From contig NC_068998.1 of assembly GCF_001194135.2 (NCBI RefSeq), positions 9,804,602-9,868,601 of the forward strand: a DNA stretch of 64,000 nt. Direction: 5' to 3'. The notes under the pieces are model-generated. The model was not told where the DNA came from, did not search any database, and was given only the letters and a program-made list of their open reading frames with translations. Source of the DNA: Octopus bimaculoides (Eukaryota). Of this stretch, positions 35,638-49,362 are shown in pieces (position 1 is the first letter of the stretch; each line of letters opens with the position of its first letter). The position numbers and the translations under genes are program-made.

Positions 35638-38600
35638 AAGTGTGTGTGTAGTATGATATGATGAGAGAGACATGATAAGACGAAACGATTATATGTGTGC
35701 GCGCGCGCGCCTTCGTCTTTGTCCATTTCCGCTGTTTCATGCAGCCTTTGCCTCGAAGTTAGGCATTTAAGCTGGACATCAATTACGCCAGCCTCACCGG
35801 CACGAAAGCACTATGGATTTCATATTTTCCTCGGATAAATTTCTGCAAAACACGGTAATACGATAAATTACGGCAAAACACGGTAATATAACAAGAAAAA
35901 CAAATGGCTGCTTTGGTTTAACAAGAAAATAAGATATTATAGATATGTGCTCTGGTTAAATACGTTGGGTCGCCCTTCGTTTTCAGCGATGAGCGTTCTC
36001 TTGTTAGAACAACCTACGTTAAATTAACGTGTGAGTGGCTGAGTATTCCATTGATATGAATACTCTCTTTCCTTTGCGTAATTCTTTGGCCGAAGCAGTT
36101 TGACATAATGTGTAACAAGGCTGGAACTTCGGTTCATGGGGGCAATCCACTCACTGTGGGCACCACACTATATCTTTTACCTTTTACTTGTTTCAGTCAT
36201 TAGACTGCGGCCATGCTGGGGCACCGCTTTGAAGTATTTTTGGTCTGGTACTTATTCTATCAATCTGCTTTTTAAAGGCTGGGACTTATTCTTTCAATCT
36301 CCTTTGGGTCAGGGACGTAACCACACCAACACCAGTTGTCAAGCGGTGGTGGGGGACAAATACAGACACAAAGACACCAGTTATTATGTCAAACTGTCGT
36401 ATGTCCAAATTCGGCCAAACTCGTTTTTGTTTTTTTTTTTCAATATTTATTTTTGCTTGCAATATCCGGTTCTTTTGGTCAAACTATCGTATCTCCAGCT
36501 GCTTCAGATGCCAAGATATCAAAAATTGCCAAAGTGTAGTACAACAGTTTTGCTATAGAACGGTGAAACTATGTTTTCGTTTTCTGAAAAAGCAACGTTT
36601 TGGACTTACGACACTTTTGCATAATAGCAACGATATATTGTATATATACGGTGGGCTTCTTTCAGTTTCCGTCTACCAAAACCACTCACAAATCTTTGGT
36701 CAGCTCAAGACTACACTAAACGACACTTGCCTCTCAGGTGCCACGCTGTGGGACTGAACCCGCAACTATGTGGTTGGGAAGCAAGTTTCTTACCACACAG
36801 CCACTCCTACGCCTATTATCAATCTAATTTCACTCACAAGCTTGGATCGAGCCAAACCTACGGTAAAAAACATTTACCGAGGATATTTATTATGTTGTGA
36901 GATCAAACACAGACCTCATGATTGCGAAGCAAACATCTTAACCATCTGGCCGTACCTGTTTCCACAGATAAATGTACACACATATATAGACCCACATAAA
37001 TACTCTCTCGATGTGATTTACAGCCCTTAACCAGTCCCTTATGACCAAAGAAGCTCCAAACTGATCCTTTTGTCGTTTTGTACGAAATACCATTTATTGA
37101 CATATGTAAGACTACTAAAACTACATTGTCTTATGTGTCCTTTTATTTAATACAATACGGCGTGATTTAAGAAGATTTGACTGCTATTTCTAACCGCTTG
37201 AACAGCCACAACATGATTTTTCATTGACGTATTTATGATGAAAAATAGATAAACGATATAATTGGTGAGAACTATATAAAAAAAAGTGTTTTAACCGTGA
37301 CCATCCCGTTTTTTGTTTGCGAAGCATAATGAATCTAAGACTATATTTATACGATGTGTCCTTTGTCATTCTTTTTTTTTTTCTCTTTCAAGAGTAGTAG
37401 AATGCGTACTTTACGGGAGATTCGGTTGCTATTTTTAGCATTTGGTAGTTGACAGTTACGATGACGTAAGCCTCGTCTCTAAAGTTAAATGGCCTAGAAA
37501 CAGGAAAAAAAGTTGCTGTTGACATTTTTTTTATTACCTACGTTCTTCCACTCACGCTGAAGGTTTTTTTGAAACCGTTTTTCACTAATTCGTTCTGCTG
37601 GCTTGGCTAGTCTTGGTGGTTTTTCAATAGATGGATAGATAAAGGTAGAAGGGTAGGATGGTGAAGACTGGATAGTTAAATGAATGGCGGGTTGCTGAAA
37701 AATTATCCGAAATTTCTGAGGTCAGACTATTAACCTTCCGTACTCGTATCTTCAATTCTATCTCACTTCTCTTATGCTCTCTTGCACAATCATTCCTCTC
37801 TCTCTATATATATCTCTCATTCTCTCTCGTTCTTCCTCTCTCCCTCTCTCATTACACCGTAAACTATCTCATCTGATTAGTTCTCTATTAAAATCGATGT
37901 CTACTACAATTGTCTGTCCCAACCTTCACCACCGTTACCATCACAACGACCACCACTTTGATATCGACGTTGATCATCATCATCGTCATCGTCATCATTA
38001 TCATCATCATCATCATCATCATTATCGCTATCATCATCTTTGCGGTGTCGTAATCATTACTCTATTTCATCAAATTGTCATTCTATTTTTCTTTTGAGAC
38101 ATTTATATAGGTATGTGTGTAGGTATATATATATATATATATATGAATGCATTTGTCTATTCCTCTCTCTTTCTCTCGCTTCTCTATATACATACATGCA
38201 CTAACGTACACACACACACATACACATAGACACGTACATTTACTTAAAATGTCTGTTATTTACCTACCAATATCTACCTACTAACCTATCTATTTATCTG
38301 CTTTACATTTCCTCTCCTGATCATATTTTCTATTTACAAATTTATGTAGGAAAATATATTCATTTATTTAAGAAAAATATGTTCTTTCTTGTTTGAATAT
38401 ATATTCAATAACTATATATATATNNNNNNNNNNNNNNNNNNNNNNNNNNNNNNNNNNNNNNNNNNNNNNNNNNNNNNNNNNNNNNNNNNNNNNNNNNNNN
38501 NNNNNNNNNNNNNNNNNNNNNNNNNNNNNNNNNNNNNNNNNNNNNNNNNNNNNNNNNNNNNNNNNNNNNNNNNNNNNNNNNNNNNNNNNNNNNNNNNNNN

Positions 38601-38937
38601 NNNNNNNNNNNNNNNNNNNNNNNNNNNNNNNNNNNNNNNNNNNNNNNNNNNNNNNNNNNNNNNNNNNNNNNNNNNNNNNNNNNNNNNNNNNNNNNNNNNN
38701 NNNNNNNNNNNNNNNNNNNNNNNNNNNNNNNNNNNNNNNNNNNNNNNNNNNNNNNNNNNNNNNNNNNNNNNNNNNNNNNNNNNNNNNNNNNNNNNNNNNN
38801 NNNNNNNNNNNNNNNNNNNNNNNNNNNNNNNNNNNNNNNNNNNNNNNNNNNNNNNNNNNNNNNNNNNNNNNNNNNNNNNNNNNNNNNNNNNNATACACAC
38901 ATACATACACACATATATATATATATATATACATATA

Positions 38938-39098
38938 TACGACGGGCTTCTTTCAGTTTCAGTCTACCAAATCTACTCACTTGGTCGGCCTGAGGCTATA
39001 GTAGAAGACACTTGCCCAAGGTGCCACACAGTGGGACTGAACCCGAAACCATGTGGTTGGTAAGGAAGCTACTTACCACACAGCCACTCCTGCGCCTA
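38938..39098 (-). mobile_element. SINE B 5' half
   Basis: CGACGGGCTTCTTTCAG...CACAGCCACTCCTGCGCCTA. Confidence 0.88.
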
Positions 39099-39223
39099 TA
39101 TTCATGTACAAATTAAATTTACCAGAAACTTTTTCTATTGCAAACAATGTTCGTTTTAATATTGCTTTTTTTTATATGGGGTAATTGTTGCATTTACATA
39201 TGCATATTAGCTTGCATGCAGTA

Positions 39224-39268
<45 letters not shown>

Positions 39269-39786
39269 CATGTACAGACACACAGTTATACTCACACGCT
39301 CATCATACTCACAAATACAATTACACACGCAGTCTTCCGTGTTACATTAGAAAGATTTACAAGAATAAATCTCAACCAGCTTTAAGAGAATACCCTCATT
39401 ACAATATATTTAATGTTTTTTTGGTCAATAATAATAGCTACATCACAACTGGCTCCAAAAACCATCTTCAAACCGAAACATTGTTGCATAATGCAACAGC
39501 CCAACTTCTACCAGCCTGATACATATATATATATATGGCCGCAGTGAAATGACTGAAAAAAGTAAAATACACACACACACACACATGTACATACATACAT
39601 NNNNNNNNNNTATATATATGTATATATATATGTATGTGTACACACACAAGCACATTGAGGGAACCTATGGAAGATGTAGCCTCTTACACGTACTTTACAA
39701 TGCCATTCTGAAAATAAACAATAACATCATTGAAATCTTGAAGTTTTGAGATAATGCCAGATTAATTCAAGACAATATGAATATAG

Positions 39787-40172
39787 GCACAGGTGTGAGT
39801 AACTGTGTGGGTTCAGTCCCATTGCGTGGCACCTCGGGCGAGTGTCTTCTACTATATCCTGAAGCCAACCAAAGCCTTGGGAGAAGATTTGGTAGATGGA
39901 AACTGAAACAAGCACGTCACATTTATCATTTGTGTGTGTGTGTGTGTGTGTGTCTGTCTGTTTGTCTCCCATCACCATTTGACAACCGGTGTTGTGTCGT
40001 TGTGTCTACGTCCCCTGTAACTTTTACAATTCAGCAAAAGAGACAGTTAGAACAAGTACCAGGCTTAAAAAAATTTAAAGTATTGGGGTTGATTCATCAG
40101 ACTAAAGATTCCTCAAGGCAGTGCCCCAGCATGGCCACAGTTTAATGACTGAAACGAGTAAAAGATTAAAAG
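39787..40172 (+). mobile_element. SINE B, diverged full-length
   Basis: Head GGCACAGGTGTG through tail GCCCCAGCATGGCCACAGTTTAATGACTG. Confidence 0.8.
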
Positions 40173-41250
40173 AAAATTTAACTGAGTAATCTGAATGCTA
40201 AAGGGTTATAACACACCAAATAAGTTAGCATTGAATCAGTGACGCCAAACAGGCGGTGCCAAAACATTTCAAACTCCTACATGTCTTAGCAGCTAATTCA
40301 CTTTGTCAGCTGCTGTTGAACTAAAATGTGTTACATAGACTACACAATATATAACAATTGTTGACACAATGAGTAGGTGGGTGTATATATATATTGATCA
40401 GGAATGGATAAAAGAACTTCCTAGTCTATTTATATGCCACCCATTCAGGATATAAATTTATATGCATGTGTGTGTGTGTGTGTGTGTGTGCATGAGTTTG
40501 TGTATATTAATGTATATGTATTTATGTATATATATAGTTTTATATGTATACATACATGTGTGTGTGTNNNNNNNNNNNNNNNNNNNNNNNNNNNNNNNNN
40601 NNNNNNNNNNNNNNNNNNNNNNNNNNNNNNNNNNNNNNNNNNNNNNNNNNNNNNNNNNNNNNNNNNNNNNNNNNNNNNNNNNNNNNNNNNNNNNNNNNNN
40701 NNNNNNNNNNNNNNNNNNNNNNNNNNNNNNNNNNNNNNNNNNNNNNNNNNNNNNNNNNNNNNNNNNNNNNNNNNNNNNNNNNNNNNNNNNNNNNNNNNNN
40801 NNNNNNNNNNNNNNNNNNNNNNNNNNNNNNNNNNNNNNNNNNNNNNNNNNNNNNNNNNNNNNNNNNNNNNNNNNNNNNNNNNNNNNNNNNNNNNNNNNNN
40901 NNNNNNNNNNNNNNNNNNNNNNNNNNNNNNNNNNNNNNNNNNNNNNNNNNNNNNNNNNNNNNNNNNNNNNNNNNNNNNNNNNNNNNNNNNNNNNNNNNNN
41001 NNNNNNNNNNNNNNNNNNNNNNNNNNNNNNNNNNNNNNNNNNNNNNNNNNNNNNNNNNNNNNNNNNNNNNNNNNNNNNNNNNNNNNNNNNNNNNNNNNNN
41101 NNNNNNNNNNNNNNNNNNNNNNNNNNNNNNNNNNNNNNNNNNNNNNNNNNNNNNNNNNNNNNNNNNNNNNNNNNNNNNNNNNNNNNNNNNNNNNNNNNNN
41201 NNNNNNNNNNNNNNNNNNNNNNNNNNNNNNNNNNNNNNNNNNNNNNNNNT

Positions 41251-41603
41251 CCCACTGTGTGGCACTTTGGGCAAGTGTCTTCTACTATAGCCTCGGGCTG
41301 ACCAAAGCCTTGTGAGAGGATTTGGTAGACGGAAACTGAAAGAAGCCTGTCGTATATATGTATATATATATATATATGTGTGTGTTTGTGTGTCTGTGTT
41401 TGTCCCCCCAACATCGTTTGACAACCAATGCTGGTGTGTTTGCATCCCTGTAACTTGGCGGTTCGGCAAAAAGAGACCGATAGAATAAGTACTGGGCTTA
41501 CAAAGAATAAGTCCTGGGGTCGAGTTGCTCGACTAAAGGTGGTGCCCCAGCATGGCCGCAGTCAAATGACTGAAACAACTGAAAGAGTAAAAGAGTAAAG
41601 AGA
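41251..41603 (+). mobile_element. SINE B (5' end in gap)
   Basis: CCCACTGTGTGGCAC...CAGTCAAATGACTGAAACAACTGAAAGAGTAAAAGAG. Confidence 0.9.
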
Positions 41604-41881
41604 GAGTATGTTTCCATGATCCATCCAACTGTAATTTTTACAAGACAAGATTTACAACAGATGTGACTGTGTGGTAGAAAGTTTACTTTCTAAACCACAT
41701 GGTTCAGGTTTCAATCCTATTGTGTGACACATTGAGCAAATATCTTCTGCTGTTGGCATGGACCAACCAAACCCTTGTGAGTGGATTCGGTAGGCAGAAA
41801 CTGAAAAAAGGCGGCAAACTGGCAGAATCATTAGCACGCCGGGCGAAATGCTTAGCGGTATTTCATCTGCCGCTATGTTCT

Positions 41882-42135
41882 GAGTGACGGGGTGGATGAC
41901 TGTTGAATGATGGAATGAATATCTGTTGAGTGAGGAAACTAGACGGTTGTAGAGTCTAAGAATGAATGGCTTTTGAATGATGGAACGAATGACACTTGAA
42001 AGGATAGGTTTGTGATTGAGTGAGGAGATGGATGACTGTTGGAATGAAAGGAATGAATTACTTTTGAGTGATAGAACGAACAATTGTCGAGTGAGGCAAC
42101 GAAAGACTGATAAGGTGAAGCAAGTTCACTGTTGA
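41882..42135. repeat. Degenerate minisatellite with about 20-22-bp units
   Basis: Recurring A(T/C)xxCT(G/T)TTGA(A/G)TGA(T/G)GGAA units. Confidence 0.6.
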
Positions 42136-43159
42136 ATGGGGTCTGATTGTGGACCCTGCAGCAAGCAAACAGTGAAGTTGTTGTTGTTGTTGATAGTGAT
42201 GGTGATGATGATGATGATGATGATGGTAATTATGTTGAATGGAAATGATTTGGAAGCAAACGAGAAAAATAGTGATGGTGATTGTGATGGCTACTGTAAA
42301 AATGAAAACGACAATCATGGTGAAGGTGATGATATTGCCGATGATGATGATTATGACAATGAAGATAATGGCATTAGCCATGATAGCTATGACGCTGACA
42401 ACGACAGTGATGATTTCAGCAATGGTGGCATTGTGATGATGATGATGATGACGATGATGATGATGATGATGATGACGTTGATAATGAATGATTATGTGGT
42501 GTTAGCAACGAGGATAAATTTAAAATAATAAAAAAAAAAAGATGTTGCTGATGATGGTGATGATATAGGGATGTTAAAGTAACAAAGAAGAAAAAAAAGA
42601 AGAAAAAAGAAAAAAGACCCCCCCCACACCTAAAAAAGATAAAGAAACGATAAAGAAAAGAAANNNNNNNNNNTGGCATTGTGATGATGATGATGATGAC
42701 GATGATGATGATGATGATGATGACGTTGATAATGAATGATTATGTGGTGTTAGCAACGAGGATAAATTTAAAATAATAAAAAAAAAAAGATGTTGCTGAT
42801 GATGGTGATGATATAGGGATGTTAAAGTAACAAAGAAGAAAAAAAAGAAGAAAAAAGAAAAAAGACCCCCCCCACACCTAAAAAAGATAAAGAAACGATA
42901 AAGAAAAGAAAAGAAAACGTTTTTTGCATAACAATAATTGCAGAAACAATAACAACACCACCACCACCACTACCACCACCACCACTACCACTACCGCCTC
43001 TACCATTTCCACCACTGCTACTGACATTAACAACAACAGCAGCAGCAGCAGCTGTTAGATTTTTATTGGTTTTTAATCTTCTGAAAGTCCTTCCTTTTTT
43101 TTCCCTGTCTGTTTTGTTGTTGTTGATGTTGATGTTGGCATCAATGAAGAAGAGTAAAA

Positions 43160-43480
43160 TAAAAACAGCAGTCACACATATATATACACACTCCCTCACT
43201 TATATACAAACACGTACAGTATATACACACTCCCTCACACACATACAAGCATACACTCTGTACATTTGTGTGCACAGTCCCTCACACGTATACAGATACA
43301 CACTACACATATGTATACACACTCCCCCACATATGCAAACACATGTATATACACATTCCCTCACACATATACAAACACACACTGTATATACACATTCCCA
43401 TACACACACAAACATACAGAAATACACGCTATACATATAGACGTCCCCTACACACATATAAACGTACATTCACACACGTT
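43160..43480. repeat. Degenerate minisatellite of about 40 bp built on CA/TA sequence
   Basis: About 7 units of TATATACACA(C/T)TCCCTCACAC... Confidence 0.7.
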
Positions 43481-43533
43481 TATACGTGTATATTCATAAA
43501 AATGTGTGCATTGTATACACAAAATGCACCTGT

Positions 43534-43567
<34 letters not shown>

Positions 43568-43906
43568 CTTACACAAAAATGCACATGGATACAGACACAT
43601 ATATATATACACATTCATGTATAAAATAAGCACATATACACACATACAAATACAAACACATACAGAAAAACAAATGTACATACATACAGACATACAAACA
43701 TACTCAAACAGACGTACACAAATGCACATGTTCATTTGCACACACACACACACACGTTCACTTAAAATTCATAAAATATATAAAACAAACAAGTATTGAA
43801 GTGTACATGCATACTGATGTGTTTACACATATGCGTACATACATACTCACACATATACACAGATACATACATACACATACACACATGTACATGCATACAT
43901 AGATGC

Positions 43907-43945
<39 letters not shown>

Positions 43946-44524
43946 TACTGCCATTCATATATTGACACACAAGCCTTAAAACATATAAACACTGAATCCC
44001 ATACATACACATTCATACACATATACATACATGTTCTTATACTTGCACATTAACACACACATATGTACACACACCTTTGAAAGAGCTGACTTGCAGATGC
44101 ACATAGACAAACCTGTACAGACGTGTTCATTTGCAGTTACATACACATATATGCACACGCACACGCACACGCACACACACACGCACACGCACACTCACAC
44201 ACTAAACACATGCACACAAATGTGCATGCACATACACACCTGCAAATGTATATTCAAATAAACACACACACACACATACGCTCATACACTAAACACACAC
44301 ACAAATGCATACACACATACACACCTGTAAATGTTTATACAGGTAAACTAACACACACCCACACAAATCATACACACACACACAAACACACACATGTATA
44401 TGTACACATACGCACATACATACGCACTCGGAGTCTTTGATGAAATATAACTCATTATGCTATTGTTACCAATTGAGGGAAACGAGAGGTAAAAAAAAAA
44501 AGAAAAAAACGAGGTGAATCGGTG

Positions 44525-45260
44525 TGTGATGGAAATATTAATGATGATGGTAGGGGGGGTGCTGATGATTGTGCTTATGATGATGATGAGGGGGGTAGAG
44601 GTCATATGGGTAGTGACAGGGGTGGTGGTGGTGTGAGTGGCCATGCTGGTGACAGTGATGATGATGGTGGTGGTGGTGGTGGTGATGCTTGTAGTAACAG
44701 TACTGGGGATGATGGCGGTGGTGGTGGTGGTGGTGATGGTGATGATGCCAGTGATGATGATGATGATGGTGGTGGTGGTAGTGTTAGTAATGGTGGTGTT
44801 GGTGGTGGCGGAGGTGATGTTCATGGTGGTGATGGTGATAGTGGCTGTGGTTTTGGTGGAAGTGGTAGTGATGGAATGATGGTGGTGGTGGTGCTACTGC
44901 TACTACTGCTGCTGCTGCTGCCACCGCTGCTGCTACTAGCAGTGGTTGTCGTTGGTTGCGATAATGGTGGTATGGGCGACAGTATTGATGACAATGATGG
45001 TGGTGATGGTATCGATAGCAGGCGGTTGTGGTGGTGGTCATATGCATATGGTGATGTTGATGATGATGATGTTGATGGTGATGGCCACAAAGGTGGTGGC
45101 ATATGAAGCTGCTGTCGGTGATGATGATGATGATAATGACGACGGTGGCAATGACCACCATATGTATAAGATAGTGTTGACGATGAAGGTGTTAATGATG
45201 ATGATAGTGATGATGATGATGATGATGATTGTGGTGGTGGTGGTCATGGTCGTAGTGATG
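44525..45260. repeat. GGT/GAT trinucleotide low-complexity block
   Basis: Accounts for the poly-G/D/V/M ORFs in this interval. Confidence 0.92.
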
Positions 45261-45822
45261 GTGGATTTTGCTGGAACTACGCTAACTTTGGTACTGGAAA
45301 CTTACTCTATCGAAACCTCCGATAAAAATAGACCAAAATCAATAAAGATGATATGCGATGATGGACTTTCCAACTTACGTGCCCTCTCCCACCCCACCCC
45401 ATACACTGCTGAATCTCACAATTCCTTCCCTCTTTCATTTTCTTCCCTTTTTTTTCTTTGCCTTGTTGGTCTTTGCTTTTTTTTTACATTTATATATGTT
45501 ACAGTGTTTGGTAGTGATGGTAGTGGTGGTGGTGGTGGTGGTGGTAGCGGTGGCGGTTTCTTTCTTTGTCTTGGTTAATGCATATTGTATCATAGATATT
45601 ATATTGTATCATATATAACAAATAGATATCCTATAGTACATATATCATATCATACATTACATATTGTATTATATCATATATGGCATGTTATGTATATGTG
45701 TATATATACATATATGTGTGTGTGTGTGTATGCATATATGTATGTGTGTATATATATGTATATATATATCATATGAAACAAATACTACATACAAATACAT
45801 CAGATATTACAATGTTATGTAT

Positions 45823-45883
<61 letters not shown>

Positions 45884-45943
45884 CAAGGTTTTTAACTTTT
45901 AAATTCGTATATTTAAAAGAAATAGAAACTTCAAACTCCTCTG

Positions 45944-45986
<43 letters not shown>

Positions 45987-46084
45987 AAGAATAAGTTCTG
46001 GGGTCGATTTGTTCAACTAAATCGTGGTGCTCCAGCATGGCCGCAGTCAAATGACTGAAACAAATACAAAAATATGCATATAGT

Positions 46085-46265
46085 TCAGATTTACAGAAAA
46101 CAAATGAGAAAGACAGGTGAGGGAGGAACAAGCAGGTGTATTAGTTTGACACTCAGGGAGAATGGAAAAGGTCTTTGACATTTTGAGCCTTTGCTCTTCA
46201 ACAGAAAGGATTGAGAGGGGAAAAAAATGAAAAGAGAAGAAAATGTGTAGGGATTAACAGTTCAA
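46085..46265 (-). mobile_element. Penelope-like element terminal (pLTR) remnant with hammerhead-like motif
   Basis: Homologous to 48018-48230. The reverse strand reads CCTTT-CTGTTGA-A-GAGC-AAAG-GCTC-AAAAT-GTC-AAAG. Confidence 0.6.
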
Positions 46266-46574
46266 CATGACAAACTGTTAGAGATAATCCATGAATGGAA
46301 TTTATAAATGTTTTAATGCATTGCTACATGCATTTCCACAAATCACATTTGTCTTAAAATCAAAGTCCACATTCCTGAGATGATTACAACACAATCCGTG
46401 GTATCTATGGACATTGGGTGGATTATAGTTCATGCGTTCATTTCAAGCAATAATAGCATTAAAATTGGAAGCAATGAATGTATAACTGAAAGATGTCTAT
46501 CGATTTTCACCAATCAAAAGATTAACTGGGGTATGTAGGAAGTTCTGTGTGTATTTGGTAAGGAATCCTTTTTT

Positions 46575-46800
46575 TACCAAAGGCAAAAAGCCTGAAATTT
46601 TATGGGAGTTAGGGTGTTAGTTGATTACATTGACCTCAGTACTCAACCGGTATGTATTTTCTCACAAATATGTATCAGTTGACTGGATGAGTGAAAGGCA
46701 AAATTGACCTCAGTGGAATTTGAACCCAGAATGCAAAGATGGATGAAATGATGTTAAGCATTATGTCCGGCACACTAGCAATTCTGCCTACTCACTGCCT
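46575..46800 (-). mobile_element. SINE C2, diverged
   Basis: GGATGAGTGAAAGGCAAAATTGACCTCAGTGGAATTTGAACCCAGAA...AAGCATT... Confidence 0.75.
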
Positions 46801-46878
46801 TCATGTAATGTTATAAATATAACATCATAATATATATATATATAAATGTATATTATTATTATTATTATTATTATTATT

Positions 46879-47189
46879 GTTCAGTAGTTTTATTTTTATA
46901 GTGTGCTTTCACTTCACTACCGAGCGCAGCTCTGTGCGCCTTGGGTATGTGCTGTGGTTTGCTGTGGTGCTCTTATGTTTACTGTATTGAAAGTGTTTTG
47001 CGTAGAATGTGTGCAGTGCCCAGTAGTGCAATTTTCTGTATGTTATATATATTTGTAAGTCCTGGTGTTTTTGTTATGTATTTGTCTGAATATTTTTTTA
47101 TTATATCTAAGGCACCTACTATGATAGGAATTGTTTCTGTTTTTTAGATTCCACATTCGAGTTACCTCTATTTGCAGATCTTTGTATTT
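46879..47189 (-). mobile_element. 5'-truncated R4/Dong-like RLE retrotransposon within a (TAA)n microsatellite
   Basis: The reverse translation reads KYKDLQIEVTRMWNLK/TETIPIIVGALDIIKK...IQKIALLGTAHILRKTLSIQ* (one frameshift; stop at 46979-46981). (TTA)n lies on both sides, at 46851-46878 and about 47188-47207. Confidence 0.88.
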
Positions 47190-48017
47190 ATTATTATTAT
47201 TATTATTAGTGCTCGTCTGCTTTTTTGCTTCTGTATATCTTCTGGAGGAGTTACCTCAATCCTATAAAATATTACCAAAAATGAAGTAGATTGACAAGTT
47301 TATTATATATCATATATTATATATATCATGTTATATCACATACATAACATTGTAATATCTGATGTATTTGCATATAGTATTTGCCTCATATGATATTATA
47401 ATGTATCATGTCATATCTTATCATATATATATCCTATACATTACATACCTTATCATATTATATTGTATATCATTGCATAATGTTATATCTTTAAATCTTT
47501 CTGTATTACTTTCATCCCTTCTGTTTTGCAGATATTTTTTTCTCTTTGTCTCGGTCTACTGGCTCTGTCTGTCCATCCGTATATCCTTCAGTCTATCCAT
47601 TTGTATCTCTCCCCCCTCTCTCTATTTCTCTCTCTCTTTCTCTTTCTATTTCTCTCTCTCTCTCTATTTCTCTCTCTCTCTCTCTATCTATGTATATCCA
47701 GATACATATATGTGTGCATGTACAAACAATTGGTGTATATTACCGCATTAGTAACTATATATATATANNNNNNNNNNNNNNNNNNNNNNNNNNNNNNNNN
47801 NNNNNNNNNNNNNNNNNNNNNNNNNNNNNNNNNNNNNNNNNNNNNNNNNNNNNNNNNNNNNNNNNNNAATTCTTGGGAAAGAATACATTTGCGGCTGAAG
47901 ATAGCTTTATACTATCACTTATATACTGATGTAACAACTATAAAGCTTGAAACATGTGTACCGCAGAATCGTTTGTGTTTTGTTTTTATTTTTACATTTC
48001 CAATTTATATATATATA

Positions 48018-48230
48018 TGGGAGAATTTACGAAAAAAACAACAGACGGAAACAGGTGGTGTAGAAAACAAATGGATGTATTAGTTTAACGCTCGGGAATA
48101 GGGAAAGTCTTTGACGTTTCAAGCCTATGCTGTTCAACTGAAAGGAACACAGAAAGAAATAAGAAGAGAAACAAGGAGAGAAAAAAATATAAATGTAGTG
48201 GTCAGCGATCTATCATGGCGAATATACGTA
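48018..48230 (-). mobile_element. Penelope-like terminal remnant, second copy
   Basis: The reverse strand reads CCTTT-CAGTTGA-A-CAGC-ATAG-GCTT-GAAAC-GTC-AAAG. Shares GTATTAGTTT.AC.CTC.GG.A..GGAAA.GTCTTTGAC with 46130-46180. Confidence 0.6.
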
Positions 48231-48819
48231 AATGGTGAATGTAGAGAATGAGGGCACAACACCACATTGGTGGATAGATTTTCTTTATTTGCGTATGACG
48301 GCTACCATTGGTTTCATGTTAAGAAAAAATATCTTAATATCTTCACAATTTTTCAGTCTGATCACATGGAGGAATGGTATTTGTCTCCATTTTGGATGAA
48401 AACACAGTCTCGTGAATTCACATGTGTGTGTATTTGCATGTGTGTGCACACACACACAAACATGCATGTACACACGCGCGCACACACACTACATGCACAA
48501 GCACACTACATGCACATACATACACATAAATATACACATGTAGATACAAAGAGAGAGAATGAAAGAGATATAGGCATTACAGTTTGAACACTTTATCTCT
48601 CCTCATACACATCAAGAGAAAGATGTTCGTACACAATGAGAGAGAGTGAGAGAGAGAGAGAGAGAGAGGGGGAAGGGAGGGAGGGAGAGAGGAGAGACAC
48701 AGAGTGAAACATTAAAACGTTTGATGTCGAATAAGTCAGTGTTGAATCAACGACGCCAAAATAGGTGGTGCCAAAAGGTCTTGTTTCCTTGTAACCGTTA
48801 TCTTAATCATTGTTGACAT

Positions 48820-49325
48820 CATCTTCGTCTTCATCATCATCATCATAATTGTCATCACCAGTAAAGTCATCATTATCATCATCACCACCATCATTGCCGT
48901 TATTATTGCCACCATCGCCATAGCTACGATCATCATCATCATCATCATCACCACCCCCACCCCAACCACCACCATCATCATCACCACCATATCACAGTCA
49001 TCTCTGTCACTATCAATAAAATCTCTGTGCACCTCTCCATTTGTATCGCAGCATTTCTCAAGTTTTAGATTTGACTTCTGTAGTTATCACAACTGCCCCC
49101 CACCNNNNNNNNNNNNNNNNNNNNNNNNNNNNNNNNNNNNNNNNNNNNNNNNNNNNNNNNNNNNNNNNNNNNNNNNNNNNNNNNNNNNNNNNNNNNNNNN
49201 NNNNNNNNNNNNNNNNNNNNNNNNNNNNNNNNNNNNNNNNNNNNNNNNNNNNNNNNNAGCCTTAACCAAATATCACCACCGACTTTACCATGACTACCAC
49301 CAGCACCTATATCAAAACTCCCACC

Positions 49326-49362
<37 letters not shown>

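Noticed and set aside
42426-42911. Exact 238-bp tandem duplication and the D/M-rich ORF 42136-42528
   Set aside because: The copies flank a 10-N gap (assembly artefact), and the ORF is translated (GAT)n repeat.
44348-45578. Long Gly/Asp/Val/Met/Thr-rich ORFs
   Set aside because: These are trinucleotide repeats that are open in several frames on both strands, with no domain signal.
47920-47970. CTGATGT...GAAACATGTGTA as a hammerhead
   Set aside because: A9 is missing, stem II is poor, and stem I cannot form.
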